Positions 41,677 to 57,800 of a stretch of 64,000 nt of DNA are shown here, one piece after another; position 1 is the stretch's first letter, and the number at the start of each line of letters is the position of its first letter. Origin of the DNA: the human T2T-CHM13v2.0 reference genome, Homo sapiens; NCBI RefSeq assembly GCF_009914755.1, contig NC_060933.1, one strand, 5' to 3'. Both the position numbers and the translations under genes were made by a program. Under the pieces are notes generated by a model. The model ran no database searches. It was given only the letters and a program-made list of their open reading frames with translations, and was not told where the DNA came from.

Positions 41677-42158
41677 TATAATATTAGAGTTGTCTAGAGA
41701 AACAGAACCTACAGGACATATATATGAAAAGATTTATTATCAGCAATTGGCTCACATAACTAAGGAGGTTAAAAGTTCCACGATCTGTCGCCTGCAAGCT
41801 GGAGACCCATAAAAGCTGATGGTGAAATTCAGTCTGAGCCAAAGGCCTGAGAACAAGAAAAGCCAACAGTAGATATTTCAGTCTGGGTCTGAAGGGCAGA
41901 GAACCAAGAGTACAGAAGGCAGGGGAATATCCATGCCCCAACTCAAGCAAACAGATGAATTCCTCTGCCTTTTGTGCTATTCAGGCCCTTACTGGATTAG
42001 ATGATTTCCACTTACAATGGGGAGGGCAATCTACTTTACAAAGTCCACCTATTCAAATGTTCGTATGATCGAGAAACACCCTTATAGACACGTAGAAATA
42101 ATGCTTAAAATGTGCATTCCTTGGCCAGTCAAGTTGACACATAAAAATAAGCATTACA
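41677..42158 (-). mobile_element. MLT2 (MLT2B-like, ERVL) solo LTR
   Basis: 'agagaaacagaacc', 'aattggctcaca', 'ctgcaagctggagaccc', 'ccagtcaagttgacacataaaa'. Confidence 0.9.
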
Positions 42159-42922
42159 GTGTTCAAAATGAGAATTTTAAGGAATCATTACACAGATTGT
42201 ATGCAGTATTCTCTGTTCCTATCTCAAAAAGAGTTAATGGTAGATTGAATTTTCTTGAATTTTCTTCTTTAAGAAGCCTTTTTTACTCAATAACGTACAA
42301 AAATTTAGTCACTGAGTGGAGTCCAAAACTTTCTTGAAAAGAATAGTAGTAAGAGGCATGTTTCCAGAAATGGGAGACTTTACAATTGTGTTCATCTCTG
42401 CGAGGAGTAATGAGAAGGGACCACAAATAAAGCAGTGGTCTTGGCAAAGGAAAAGACATCTCCAGTTGAAGGAAATCTGTGTGCCTAGGTTGTAAGATGA
42501 TGATGAATTAAAGCAAATTTGATGTGGTTCAAGAGGTTGAATGAGAGTAATTGGGGGAATAGAGATCTATAATTACTTTCTTAATGCTGTGCCTTGTACA
42601 CAGCCAATTTGGATGCAGCTTTACTCTCTTTAATTAGCAAATTGGTTTTATAATTCAATAAAGGGCATTTAAAAAATTAAAGTGTATGTCTCAAAATGTG
42701 CAACCTCTGAACACTAAATATGTCACTTCCACAAGGCGGATAATGTGTAGAAAAAGGAGTGTGTGGATGTGTGTGTAATGGAAACCTGGTTAATAATAGA
42801 AAACTTCATCCAAGAGCAGGGAAAGCTATATGGGCATTCAGTAAAATGTTCTGAACTATTTCTGTTAATTTTCTATACTATGGAAGAATGAGAGGGAGTG
42901 GATAATAGCTATTTAGATATAG

Positions 42923-43439
<517 letters not shown>

Positions 43440-45829
43440 TTTCAGATATCATTCTGCAGACAAATAGTCTTACCTATATTATCTAAATTCAACTAGAATG
43501 ACTACCTGTCTTCCTTTTTCTTTCTACTGTCTCTGCCATCATTTCATGCAACAAATGTTTGAAGTCAGCTTTACAAGAGTAGGCATTTTCTGATCTACAT
43601 GCCTGTGTGTTTCACTGAACACCCACAACCATATGGTATCAAGTGGCCTCATACATCGAATATGCCAGCTGACTATCAGATTGTTGATATTTGTGATTTT
43701 GCCTCAGTTAATACGCTGCTTTCCTCAGGATTCAAAGTTTGAGAAATATTCTTCAATTATTATCTAGCCACATGATATTTAGCATGTCATTTTTCAAGTT
43801 CTTAGCTTCAGTTTTCTGAGGTCCTAGTACTCTAAGATAATGGAGGGGTTAAAATAAGTTTCCAAAAATGTCTTCAGCAAATGTGACATTAATAAACATT
43901 GAACTTTATGAATCAGTAGGTATTATATATTAAGAGAAGTCACGTTAAAGCTACTGAGAAGAGTAGGGGAGAGGAGCGGTCACCATATTACAGAGGGAGA
44001 AGCAGTGGTTTTGGTGTCAAGCTCGCTGTAATTTAAATCCTTTCCTATTACTCTGCCACAGAGGCCTCCATTTCCTATATGTAAAATGGAGGAAAAAGTA
44101 AAAATGAAACTCTACATGCGTTAAAAATATTAATCTCATATCCTTACTAGGATGTCCAAGTTGTTTATATATTTTCATAGACATCTCATGTATCTGAATA
44201 TTATTTGTCACCTTTGGCACATATGTTTCATTTATTTTCTTATTTTTCTGCATTAAATCGTTTTCATTTAATTTCATTTACTGTTCCATCTCCTTTTACG
44301 TACGCTAATTCAAATACTCTTTGGAAGAATTTGGAGATAGGGTGAATGAATCAGATAACAAGATATTAATTTCATACATAATCCAAAATGCAATGTAGAT
44401 ACCTAACATTGATCTGTTTTTAGAATGAGCAATTTTTTAAATTTGGAATGTTGAAATTTAGTGTTTAATAATTAGAGCAAGGTAATTATGTTAAATGTGT
44501 AGAAATACCTTAATTTTATATATGCATATATTTTAATGGAAAACTCTAAAAAATGCACATGTTGGATGTTTTAAGGGAAAAAATAGTTTTGTTCAGGTAT
44601 GTTTAACATCCTAAAATATCCAGGTAGTTACCTTCAACACATAATTTCTCTTAATCTAAATTGCCGTGGAATCTGTTTCTGAAATTATACAACAGATAGA
44701 TATGGGACTGAAATAAAACCCTAAAAAGATTGCTCAGTGATACTAAATAACATAAAAGCTGTAAGTTCTTGTTTCACTTTCATTTAAAATCACAGTTTGA
44801 TTCTCTAGTTTCGTTCCTGTGGCTGATATTTCCTTGGAGACAGATATCTACTCTTCCCTAGGCTATTTTGCTCTGCCTCCTAACAAACTATCTGATTTCA
44901 GGTGTCACTTAGTAAATATAAATATCATTTTAAATGTTTTTAAATACCACTTAGCCATGTTTAGTTTATCAGAAACTATTTGGAGAGGCATCAGGGATTC
45001 AACTGCTTTCCTCTCAGGCTATATTTAACATAATTAAAATAAAAAGCAATGAAATAAAAGTGGAAAAAATCCAACATCTTAGTCTTGATAATTTATTAAT
45101 TAGCTATGTTTTAATAAAATGTTCTGACCTTTACATATCTTATTTGTAAAATAAAAGTCTGACTAATTAATATCTAACCTATTGCTTCATTTTGTTACTT
45201 CGTAAATGTGGCCTGTCAACATTTCTCATTTAGGGTAAATTACCAAAGGCCAAGGGAACTGCATGATGGCTTTTATAAACTGTGTGCTATATACCTGCAT
45301 GGTTATAAAATACACACACACAAATGCACACATACATGCACCCATTTTACTTACTGTTTATCAATACCATATAAAAAAGCATCGTGCATAAATGTAATAT
45401 TGCCCTGCTTATGTCTTACTCCATTCTGCAATTTGTAGACATTCCTCTCTGACAGAGTTGCCAAGGCTTTTCAAACACACTTCAGTAGCTACAGTGGTCA
45501 CTTGCTAAGGAATTCCCTTCTACATTGAGGAGCTTGCTCTGCTAACTGACAAGAGAACTAATGAAACAAGAAGATTGAAATACATGGTGAAGAAGGCTTA
45601 TTTCCTCAAATAATGACTGCCTTATCAGATAACCAATCAGATTTTAAACGCAATACCAGAGGCCTCATTTTACCCTTCTTCTTACTTGACAATGTAGAAT
45701 TTGTCTCCTACTGGTCCTCTTCATTTTGAAGGTCCTGTGCCCTTAGATTTCACAACTGAACTCTATCCTAGCCTACTCATCTCTTTCTGAAAATTCTCTA
45801 ATACTGGATGAGCCCAGTATCCTCAGTGA

Positions 45830-45985
45830 CATATACATACATATGTATGCGTGTGTATATATACACACAAACATGTTTATTATATATATGTACATATAAA
45901 TATACATATATGTAAACATACAGAGGCATATACACAGAGGCATATCTGTGAATATATATATATATATAGTGTGTGTGTGTATATA
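45830..45985. repeat. Compound (TA)/(CA)/(TG) low-complexity repeat
   Basis: Directly visible. Confidence 0.9.
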
Positions 45986-46509
45986 AAATCTTCCTGAACT
46001 TTATTCCGTCTTCAATCTATATCTACAACCCCACATTTACTACTCAGTGAGAAGGGGTTGCCTAATTGGAATCTTATTCAATAGCTGCAACAGATACCAC
46101 AACCTTAATGAGCTGCTACCTTGTTAGCATTGGCTCCCATAACCTGCTTTTCCCTCTTCTCTAAGTAGTCTGGAATCTGTCACAGTAGTATGCATTAAAA
46201 ACCTGTTCGTCAATATCAAGACTTTCAACACATCTGCCTCAGTTATTTATTATTAAGCCAGTCTAATATTATTTTGCAAATATAACATGTGTCACATGTT
46301 TTTTATTCTCCATTTCCTACCTTAATTTAACACTTTATTTGCTTTGTGGCACTATTAACATAGCTTCCTTAAGATCTTGTTGGCTCTAATTTCTGTTCGA
46401 CCTCCATCCCCATCTGCCAATGATTCCCCATATTAAGTTGAGATGGTGCTTAGTTTAGCAGTAAGAATTACACTTTGATTTTAGCCACTGTTGTTGGAAA
46501 TCTTCCTCA

Positions 46510-46890
46510 TGTATTCCTTCAATCAAAGAAATAATGTATTTGGTTCCTGCTGTGCACCAGGCTGTGTACTAGATCGTGGGGATTCAAGAGTGAGCCAGGC
46601 AGACACTGTTCCTGCCCATCTGAAGGCTGACATCCTAGGAGGGAAGATGAATAATATACAAGTGAACAAACAGATACAATAATCTCGGATCAGGTGGTAA
46701 TGGTCGGGGCCTGGTATGATGATCTCAGTAGAGGGACCAGGAAGAGCAGAGAATCCAGGGCAGGGGAAGGCTGAAGCCAAGAGTGTTCAGGAAAAGCCAG
46801 GAGAGCAGTGTGGTTTGAACAGGGTGAGGGAGGAGAAGATGGTAGGAGATGGGGTCAAGGGGTGGGCAGGAGTTTGGATTTTATTTGAAG
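46510..46890 (-). mobile_element. L2 3' end
   Basis: 'ctgctgtgcaccaggctgtgtactagatcgtggggattcaagagtgagccaggcagacactgttcctgccc'. Confidence 0.75.
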
Positions 46891-46979
46891 AGCAAGAGAA
46901 TATGGTGACTAGCTGTACATCCCACTTCATCAAAGCATGCTAAATTTGAACTATGTTGAAGAGTTGAGATTTCTTATTC

Positions 46980-47283
<304 letters not shown>

Positions 47284-47291
47284 TATAATAA

Positions 47292-47294
<3 letters not shown>

Positions 47295-47336
<42 letters not shown>

Positions 47337-47455
47337 TATATATAAGACATATATATAAGATATATATATATTATAGAGTAGATATATATGGAATATATAT
47401 ACATATCCATACTGTGTTACCCTAGAATATATATATATGTGTGTGTGTGTGTGTA
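47295..47455. repeat. (AT)19 microsatellite with further AT-rich and (TG)n repeats
   Basis: Pure (AT)n at 47295-47332; (TG)n near 47438-47454. Confidence 0.95.
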
Positions 47456-47619
47456 TGTACACATATATGCACTATTTTTATTGGACCTAACCATTTAAAC
47501 ATATTTTTTTCTATAACTAAAACTCAAAACATACACATTCAAATGGCATTTAATGTTTTCCGACTCTTTAAAATTATATCCAGGACTCCTTATGATAATT
47601 CAATTTTCTCAAATCTAAA

Positions 47620-49350
47620 TACACAGGCATTTTAATGCAACTTTCCCAGTAATTGATAGAACAAATAGGAAAAAAAATAGTAAGTATATAAATTATATGA
47701 AAAATGCAACCAAATTGCTCAAATTAACTTTTAAGTAATAATACACCTAATAGCTGCCAATTACACAATGTATTTAAGTGCACACAGAACTTTTACCAAA
47801 AACAAACTTTGTTTGTTTGTTTGTTTAAAAGAAGTACAATCTTATTATAGTGTAACTTTTGACTGAAAAGACATTTAATTAGAAATCAGTAACGGGTATC
47901 TAAAAGTTCCCTCATTTGGAAATTAAATGACACACTTCTAAAGATATGAGTCAAAAAAGAAATCACAAAGGTATTAAAAACGTCAAACTGATTATAAAAC
48001 ACAACATAACAAATTACATGAAAACACAACGTAACAAATTACATGAAAGTAGACACAATATTTTGAAATGTGTGAGATATAGAAAGTAGTACTTAGTGCA
48101 AAGTTTTTAGATTTTAATATACATATCAGAAAAAAACTGAAATTCAGTTGTCTAAATAGAGGAAAAGTAATGAACATAAGAGTAGACTTAAATGAAATAA
48201 ATAATACATGAAAAATAAAGAACTCTTAGTAAAATCATAATCCATAGCCAAGAACAATAAAAAAGAACAGATACAAAATTTGCCAGTATCTGAAGTGAAA
48301 ATGTGTTTGTCACAACAATTTCTCCAGACAATAAAAGAAGATGAAGAAACACTCTGAACAACTTTATGTCAATAAATGCTACAACTTAATATATTAGGTG
48401 AAATCCTTGAGAACAGTTTACCACACCTGAAGGTGAAATAGAAAATCTGAATCACTTTGTAGCTACTAAACCCTTTAAATTCATACTTAAAATCGTTCTC
48501 ACAAATTTTATTTGATAAAAAAGAAAATTTCTGTCATCTTATAAAAACATTTTCAGCAAAGTAAAAAGGCAAGCCATCGAATGAAAATAATTATATCCAT
48601 TATATATCAAAGTATTTATATTGAGAATATATAAAGAATTCTTATAAATTCATAATAATACAACTTCTCTAATATTGGAAAACCTTTAAGAGACACTCAG
48701 CACTTGGAGCTCTAATATATTGCGGATAGGAATATAAACTGGCACAACTGTTTTGACAGTTTGGTAGTTTGTTTTAAAGTTTAAATATGCATGTAACACA
48801 TAACCCAGAGATTTCGAAAGGAATTTATAAGACACAAGAAAAACATATGTCCACAAAGACTTGCAAACGATTGTTCATAATAGCCTAATGCAAAATAGAA
48901 AAAAAAAACTTTGAAAACAATCTAAATATTCACAGAAAGGTGAATTGAAAGACTATTCTGGTTTATTAGTACAATAGAGTAATATATAATAATAAAATGG
49001 AGCAAACTATTCATGCATACCACAACACAGATGAATTTACAGACATTATGCTGAGCAAAATAAGCCAGATACAAATCAATGCATACTATATATTTCCATT
49101 TCTATAAATTCTAAAATAGAGAAAACTAAGTATCTCTAATCAGTGGTTGCTTGGGGATGGGAAAAATTGCAATAGAAAAAATTTTCTGGGCAGATAGAAA
49201 TAGTAGGAGAAAGAGAGAAAATTAATACAGGTTGGTTACATATTTCAGGTATACAATCTGAGTAAACACAACAAAAAATGCTCCATAACTTTATTGCTGT
49301 AAATATTATTGCATGTGAATTTTAACTCATACATTTGATGTTTAAAATAT
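47620..49350 (+). mobile_element. Ancient L1 (L1ME-like) ORF2 and 3'UTR fragments
   Basis: 'gaacaactttatgtcaataaat', 'acatatgtccacaaagacttg', 'cattatgctgagcaaaataagccagatacaa', 'atcagtggttgcttgggg'. Confidence 0.75.
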
Positions 49351-49429
49351 GAGCTTTCCTTACAAATATAACTTTCTTTTTATAAAATGCACTAAACTAG
49401 ATGTTTAAAAAAAAAAAAAAAGAAATTCA

Positions 49430-49730
<301 letters not shown>

Positions 49731-50249
49731 CAAATTACTATAATAATGATTAATATTTTTAGAGAAAATAAATGTAACTCCAATTTCAAAATAAAAGCTG
49801 ATTAGTCATAAAGATGATGTTGGTATAAACAGTAATCATAACACATGTTTTATGGAAGTCTGCAGATTATGTAGCACTTTTACAGGCATATATTTTATAA
49901 AATTCAACAATTACCCCATAAGGAAGTCAGGCTTGGTATTATTCTCAGCATCCTTTCCCTATTAGGAAACAAAGGCAAAATGGTAAATGACTTGCCCAAA
50001 ATTTTGCAGCAAAAGCTGCTCTCAAATCCACATTGACTCCAGATTCTGTATAAATTCAATTAACGGAATCATTCTTCACGTAAGTAAATTAGTGGTAAAC
50101 AATATGTTTCATAGCTAGCACTGGACTTTTAATCTATAACTGAAAAATTAGATTTCTAAATCTAATAAGGAAACAAGATGAAGAGAATGTCAAAATTATC
50201 TTTAACTGCCATTTCTTATTTCTGGATGATGAGAGATCACCATAAAAAA

Positions 50250-50404
50250 GTGATTTTAACCTTGGTTGTGTAATGAAATGAAGTAGGGAAATTAAAAGTC
50301 TTGACACAGAGGCTGTATCCTTGACCTAATTAGCACCAAGGCTCAGGGTTATCTCTAATTTTCCCAGGTGATATCAATATGCAGTTTCTGTGTGAGCCCC
50401 ACTG
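50250..50404. mobile_element. MER5A-like hAT relic
   Basis: 'ttttaaccttggttg...cccaggtgatatcaatatgcag...ccactg'. Confidence 0.55.
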
Positions 50405-50556
50405 TTACAAAATGATTGGATATTTGACCACACTAGAGCACGTCTGCCTTTCAATTAGAATTTAGAAAGTGCTTCTCAACTTACCATTCCATCTGTACAT
50501 TGCAACATACCTCCACCCTTAGCTATTTGTACTACTGATCAGTTTGTGGTTTCTGA

Positions 50557-50934
<378 letters not shown>

Positions 50935-51804
50935 CATATACACCACTTCTGATGTAATGACAAATCTTACAAACTGAATCGTTCAGTCCTAGGACTCCGC
51001 TCCTCTTTTCACATGGAGCAGCAGATTGGCTTTGGCAGTTCATCTTCTGTACTTAACTGCTTGGTTAGTGCACTCAGTACATGTGTATCTGCTCTGCTTC
51101 AGTGTTCAACTCTGCTCTTGGCTTGAGAAATCTGGCCAGCTCTGCAGGTGCTGACAAGGGGTAATGCCCCAATTTTATTCATCTCCTCTTTAGAAAGGGA
51201 AGTAAATATTCATAATACATATTATCACGTGTAGCAGAATGGGTCAGGTAAAATGGTGAAAGAAAACATTTTAAATCAAAACAAAAATCTAAAATCCCAC
51301 AAAAACTTTTTATCCAAAAGCATGGAACATAGGGATATTAAGATCAGAGTCCTACACATAATCTTAATACAAATGTGGCAGATATTTTTGGAGTCTGTTG
51401 AACTGGAAGGGATTCTAAGTTTAGTGATATATAAAATCTTTCTCTATTAATGTGAGATTTTTAAACAGGTGCTGGCCAGGCATCATAACGAATCTGCAAG
51501 AAAAAAATATTGGAAGCATCCTTTAGAAACAATTCTCAGGAGAGAAATGCCCACATCAAGCAAGATTTAACTTGATACTGAACTCAGAAATAGGCATAAT
51601 GAGAATAACTGAAACATCATTATCACTTTTCTTATCCCAGTGTTTGTTAGAGAAATGCTATATTGGAATGGTTGATGTTGTTAACCCAATATTATAGGTT
51701 CATATTTGCCAAAAATTCAAAAATTGTCCATTTCTGTTCATTTCACCACTACGTGACATTAAAGAGAGAATTCTACCTACACAGACTTGCAAAACAAATT
51801 ATGA

Positions 51805-52330
<526 letters not shown>

Positions 52331-52413
52331 TCCTTTTTCTGTAAGACCCCACAAATACTCATAAGGGCACAAACAATGTGTTTAACTCCATTTCTACATG
52401 GGACAACTTTAAA

Positions 52414-52704
52414 TTTTTTTTTGAGACAGAGTTTTGCTCTTGTCACCCAGGCTGGAGTGCGATAGCACAATCTTGGCTCACTGCAACCTCCACTTCCCAG
52501 ATTTAAGCGATTCTCCTGGCTTAGCCTCCTGAGTAGCTGGGACTACAGATGCACACCACCATGCCCAGTTAATTTTTGTATTTTTGGTAGAGATGGGGTT
52601 TCACCATGTTGTCCAGGCTGGTCTCGAACTCCTGAACTCAAGTGATCCACCCGCCTCGGCCTCCCAAAGTGCTGGGATTATAGGCAGGAGCCACCCTACC
52701 TAGC
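52414..52704 (-). mobile_element. AluS (Sz-like)
   Basis: Antisense dimer, 'ctcaagtgatccacccgcc'. Confidence 0.95.
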
Positions 52705-53899
52705 AAAATTTCTAAGGCTTAATTTATTGAACCATGTTCTTCACTCAGCTGTCTCTGCTGCACACTCCTCTCCAGCAGTCAGTTCTGTTGTTTATGTGAA
52801 AAAAAAATCAGAATTCTACCTCACATACATATATAAAATATATACATATATACGGTATAGATATAGATAGGTGGCAGTTGGAAAACAGAAGGTTTGAGAG
52901 TTCTTGAGAACTGAAGTATTTTACAATTTAAATATTCACGAGAGAGCCCTCCTGTTTCCTACATAATTGGCATAACCTGTTTTCGCATTTATATGATTGT
53001 CCTTGCCCTAGATTTCATTTACTAATGTTAGAGAATGGTATTTGTGATGAGCAGCCTGCTATTTCTGGTTAAGTTGTATCAGCTAAGGTGGCTTTTAATG
53101 TTTTAATTTAAGGAAGTCACAGTCAATAACTTTATAAGTCAGCATATCCTTCTATAAGGGTGATTAAAGAATAAAACACTTCCATTGACTGATGATTTTT
53201 TTTGCACTTTAGTAAACCAAATCTTTGGACCTTTGTTTCCACTATTAAGTATTTTAAAGTATACAAAAATATGTTTTGTAATTAAGTTTTAAAATGCATA
53301 GACTATTACTAATCACTTAAATGTGACCCAAAAGGTCTTTCAGTGGCTTTTTCTACAAAACAACTCAGAATAACTTCATCTATAATATCTATGCTTGATT
53401 TAAGTTCTAAGTTAAGTGAAATGCCTGCTTATGATAACTTCTTTGACCATGAGTAACTGTGAACTAATGCCAATTTTATTTCCTACTTCTGTTTACTACC
53501 TAAACTCTCACATAGATAAAAATAAGTGGGAAAAAAAAGCAAATCTAGAAAAGTTATATTTCTAAAGTAGGTCCACAAATTCTTATATTTTATATATGCT
53601 CACATCTCAAAAAATGTTTTGTTAATCCTTTATCTATAACATACTTCTGATTTTATAGATTGTATTCTTTTATTAAGCAGCTATTCACCACAGAGAGATC
53701 ATCATAGGTAAGGAATTTGAAAACCAAACAATTCAAATCACATCTTCAAAAATAAATAAAAATAATAACATTCAAAAAGATAAAGTTACACTAACACACA
53801 GTTATAAGATAAACATAATACAGATTTGAACAAATTTGGCTTTGCAATTAAATATATGATGGACTCCAAGACAAAAAAAAAGTTAAATATAAACCAGAG

Positions 53900-54750
53900 G
53901 GAGATATCAATATTTCACCTGCCTAACAAAAGTTGAAAATTATTATAATTAAAGATGCTGAAGAGAATGTAGCACAAGAGAAACTCATTCACTTCTGGTG
54001 GGAGTATTAAATCCAACCTCTTTGTGAAACAGACTGTCATTATCAACTCTTATAGAATATATGTATAGTCTATCAATAAGCAATTTCACTGCTATGAATG
54101 TATCACAGAGCAGTGTTCCTCATATTTAATCTATATATTTATTAAGGTTCCTGTTTAAGCTGAGATTCAAATATCCTCTGGATAGATTCTTAGTACATTT
54201 GTAACAAGGTCTCAGTGATGCTGATACTTCTACACAGACAACAGAGATGCAAACAAAGCTCTAGAGAAAATAATGCACATTTTGAACAAGGATACATATA
54301 AAAATATTTGTCTATCATTTCATAAAAATTATAAAGTAAAATCAACACAAGTGACTATCCAAAGTGAATCAGATAAATTGATGTGTATTCAAACAAATGA
54401 ATACAGAAAAATAAAAATGAAATTTTGATAACCACATACAAAAACAGTTGCAAAAAAAAGTTTAATTATTCTGTTTATATTGAGGACTTTAAGAGATAGT
54501 ACTATATTATATGATATAGATATTTCATTCATGTTTTTATAAAAGTATAAATATTCCAAAGAAATCTTTAAAATAAAATTAGGACAATACCTATTTAAAT
54601 GTTTATAGTAAGAGAAATAATTATGATTAAAATGGGACATGCAAGAAGCTTCTGAAGTTTCAATGTTCCTATTAAACATAATAATTTTAAGCAGTACATT
54701 CATGCACTTTTCCTCATTACCTAGGTATGTTTTATTTCACAAAATTAAGA
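53900..54750 (+). mobile_element. Ancient L1ME-like 3' fragment with probable MER5A insertion (~54110-54263)
   Basis: 'gaaactcattcacttctggtgggagtattaaat', 'agcaatttcact'; insert flanked by cacagag / ctctagag. Confidence 0.55.
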
Positions 54751-54829
54751 AATTGATAAATTAAATGTTATCAAAGAAGACATAGTAAAACAACAAAAAT
54801 AAATTTTAAAATATTACATTGAGGATGTG

Positions 54830-57800
54830 GAGCCTTCCAGTTCCAAAATATTAATGTAGAAGCAAGCTAGTTTCTTTCTACTCCACAGAAAACAAATATA
54901 CAGCAGCAGTATTATCACCAGCAATATCCAAGAACTCAAATGTAAGGACAGTTCCCAGAAACACAGAGAAGTAAAAATATTTCAAGCAGATGGTAAGAGA
55001 ACTTGATTTCCATATCCATGATGTGCCTCCCCACCCCCAAACCTGCTCAGCACCAAGCACACAGAAAATTTCCCCCAGAGCATAGATTTTACACTGAAAA
55101 GTGAGATCAAGGGAGACAACTGGCTTCCCTACCATCTTTGGTTCCCCGGCATGAGGTGTGTTCCTGCTTCAAGCAATGGGAAGCATCAGGAGTGCCAGAA
55201 GAAATAAATATCCTTGAGAATAGCCATAGACAAAGGGGAGGAAGCAGGATTATAATTCTGAGCCTCAGAAACTCTGCTCTGTAACTCAGCCAAAGGAGAT
55301 GCCAAATCAGAGCGGCTGATTTGCTGTAGCACCTTGCTGTAGGACGGTGGTCCTTGGCCACAAACCACCAGAAAACCTTCCCACATCACTGGGACATGAT
55401 ATCCTTTTCTGGACCTCCCCCATTCAGGAGAGTAGGCATTCTGTTTGTTTATATGAACTGAGGCAAACCTGAGCTTAAAGTTCTGTCTAGTTCATTAAAG
55501 GAGGCAGCAACCTAATGGAGGGGAAAAAAAAAGCATTTAAAAAATGTATTATCCTTAGCAAACTAACACAGGAACTGAACACCAAGTATCACATGCTCTC
55601 ACTTATAAGTGAGAGCTAAATAATGAGAACACACGGACACATAGAGGGGAACAACACACAATGGAGCCTTTGGCAGGGTGGAAGATGGGAGGAGGGAGAG
55701 GATCAGAAAAAATAATTAATGGGTTTAATACCTGGGTGGCAAAATAATTTGCACAATAAATCCCCATGACACAACATGCAGTTTCAACAGGGAAATTGCA
55801 AAGAATCTCTAAGCAAACATATCCAACAAAAACCAAAACAAGCCAGACAGGAAGACTGGGAAAAACAATTAAATCTTCATTGCAAAGACATAGACATACA
55901 TCCAAAAGAAACAATAGCAAACAAAAAAAAAACATGATCTCCTCAAATGCACAAAGCAAGGAATCACTGACTAATCCTGGTAATGTGGCAATATGTGTGA
56001 ACTCACTGGCCAAGAATTTAAAATAGCAATTTTAAGAAAATTCAGGGATTGCCAAGATAACACAGGAAAGCAATTTTAAAGTTTGTCAGATAAATTTAAC
56101 AAAGAGATTAGAATACTTTTAAAAAATTAAACAGAAATATTGGAACTGAGAAATACATTTGCTGAACTGAAAAATCACTAGAGGCTCTCAAGTGCAAAAT
56201 GGATCAAACAGAGCAAAGAATCACTGAGCTCAAAGAGGCTCTTGAAAATGCACAGTTCAAGAAGAAAAAAGAGAAAAGAATAAAAAGGAACAAATATTAT
56301 CTACAATATACAGGAAATTTTTTCAAAAGACCAGATCTAAGAATTATTGGTGTTCAAGAGAGAGTTGAGCAAAAGTAGGAGATATAAAGTTGATTCAAAG
56401 AAATAATAATAGAAAACTTCCCCAAACTTGAGAAACATATAAATATCCAGGTATAGGAACGTTACAGATTTGATTCAAATAATCCTATACCAAGGCATGT
56501 AATAATTAAACTCTCAAAGATCAAGAAAGAAGACCCTAAAGGTAGGAAGAGAAAAGAAGCAAATACCATATGAAGGAGCTTCAATATGTCTGGCAAAAGA
56601 CATCTCAACAAAACCATACAGGCCAGAAGGGAGGGAGATGACATTATTAAAGTGCTGAAGGGAAAAAAAAAACTTACATACAATACTAAATCTGGCAAAG
56701 CTATCCTTCAGATATGAAGGGGAGATAAACTCTTTCCCAAACAAGCTAAAATTGAGAGAATTCACCACAACCAGGCCCATCTTACAAGAACTAACGTGAG
56801 TTCCTCAGTCCAGAAGAAAATACATTAATGCGTAAAAAGAAAATATTTGAAGGTCTAAAATCCACTGGTAAAACTAAGTTCAATAACAACCCAGAAGATA
56901 TGAATACTGTAATTGTCATGTGCAATCTACTCATAACTCTAGTTTGAAGCCCAACATTCATCAAAAACAATAATACCTACAGCAATATATTAAGATATAG
57001 ATAATATAAAAATATGTATATTGATATATATATATATATCACAACACAAAGTCAAGATAGACTAATGCAATTAAAGCATAGATTTTTTCTAAAATTTGTT
57101 TACTTCTTTATTCTTTCTTAGTAAGCTTTCATCTCTTTAAAATAAAGTTTTATATCTACAAAATGTTTTATGTAAGCTGCACAGTAACCACAATGCAAAA
57201 ACCTATCATAGATTCACTAAAAATAAAGATCAACTATTTTAAAAATACTACCAGAGGAAATAACCACTAAGAAAGAAGGTAAGAAAGGAAGAGATAATTA
57301 CAAAATAACCAGAAAACAAGCAACAGAATGACAGTTTTAAATCCTTACTTACCAATAATAACAATGAATATAAATGGAACTTGCTTCTCCAATTAAAAGG
57401 CATAGAGTGGCTGAATGGATAGACAAAAGATCCAACTGTATGCTGCCTACAAGAAACCCACTTTACCGAAAGATACACATAGACTAAAATTGAAGAGGTG
57501 GAAAAATATATTCCATGCAACTGGAAACCCAAAAAGGGTAGAAGTCACTATATTTATATAAAATAAAGTTGCCTACAAATGAAAGACTGTACAGAAATAC
57601 AAATAAAATCACTATATAATGACAAAGGGCTAAATTCAGCAAAGGGTATAACAATATAACAATTATACATATCTATGCCCCCAACCCTGGAGCTCCCAAG
57701 TATATACATGAAACATTAATAAATCTAAAGCAAGAGATAGAATGCAATAAATTAACAGTAGAGGACCTCAACGCTACACTCAGTAATAGGCAGATCATCC

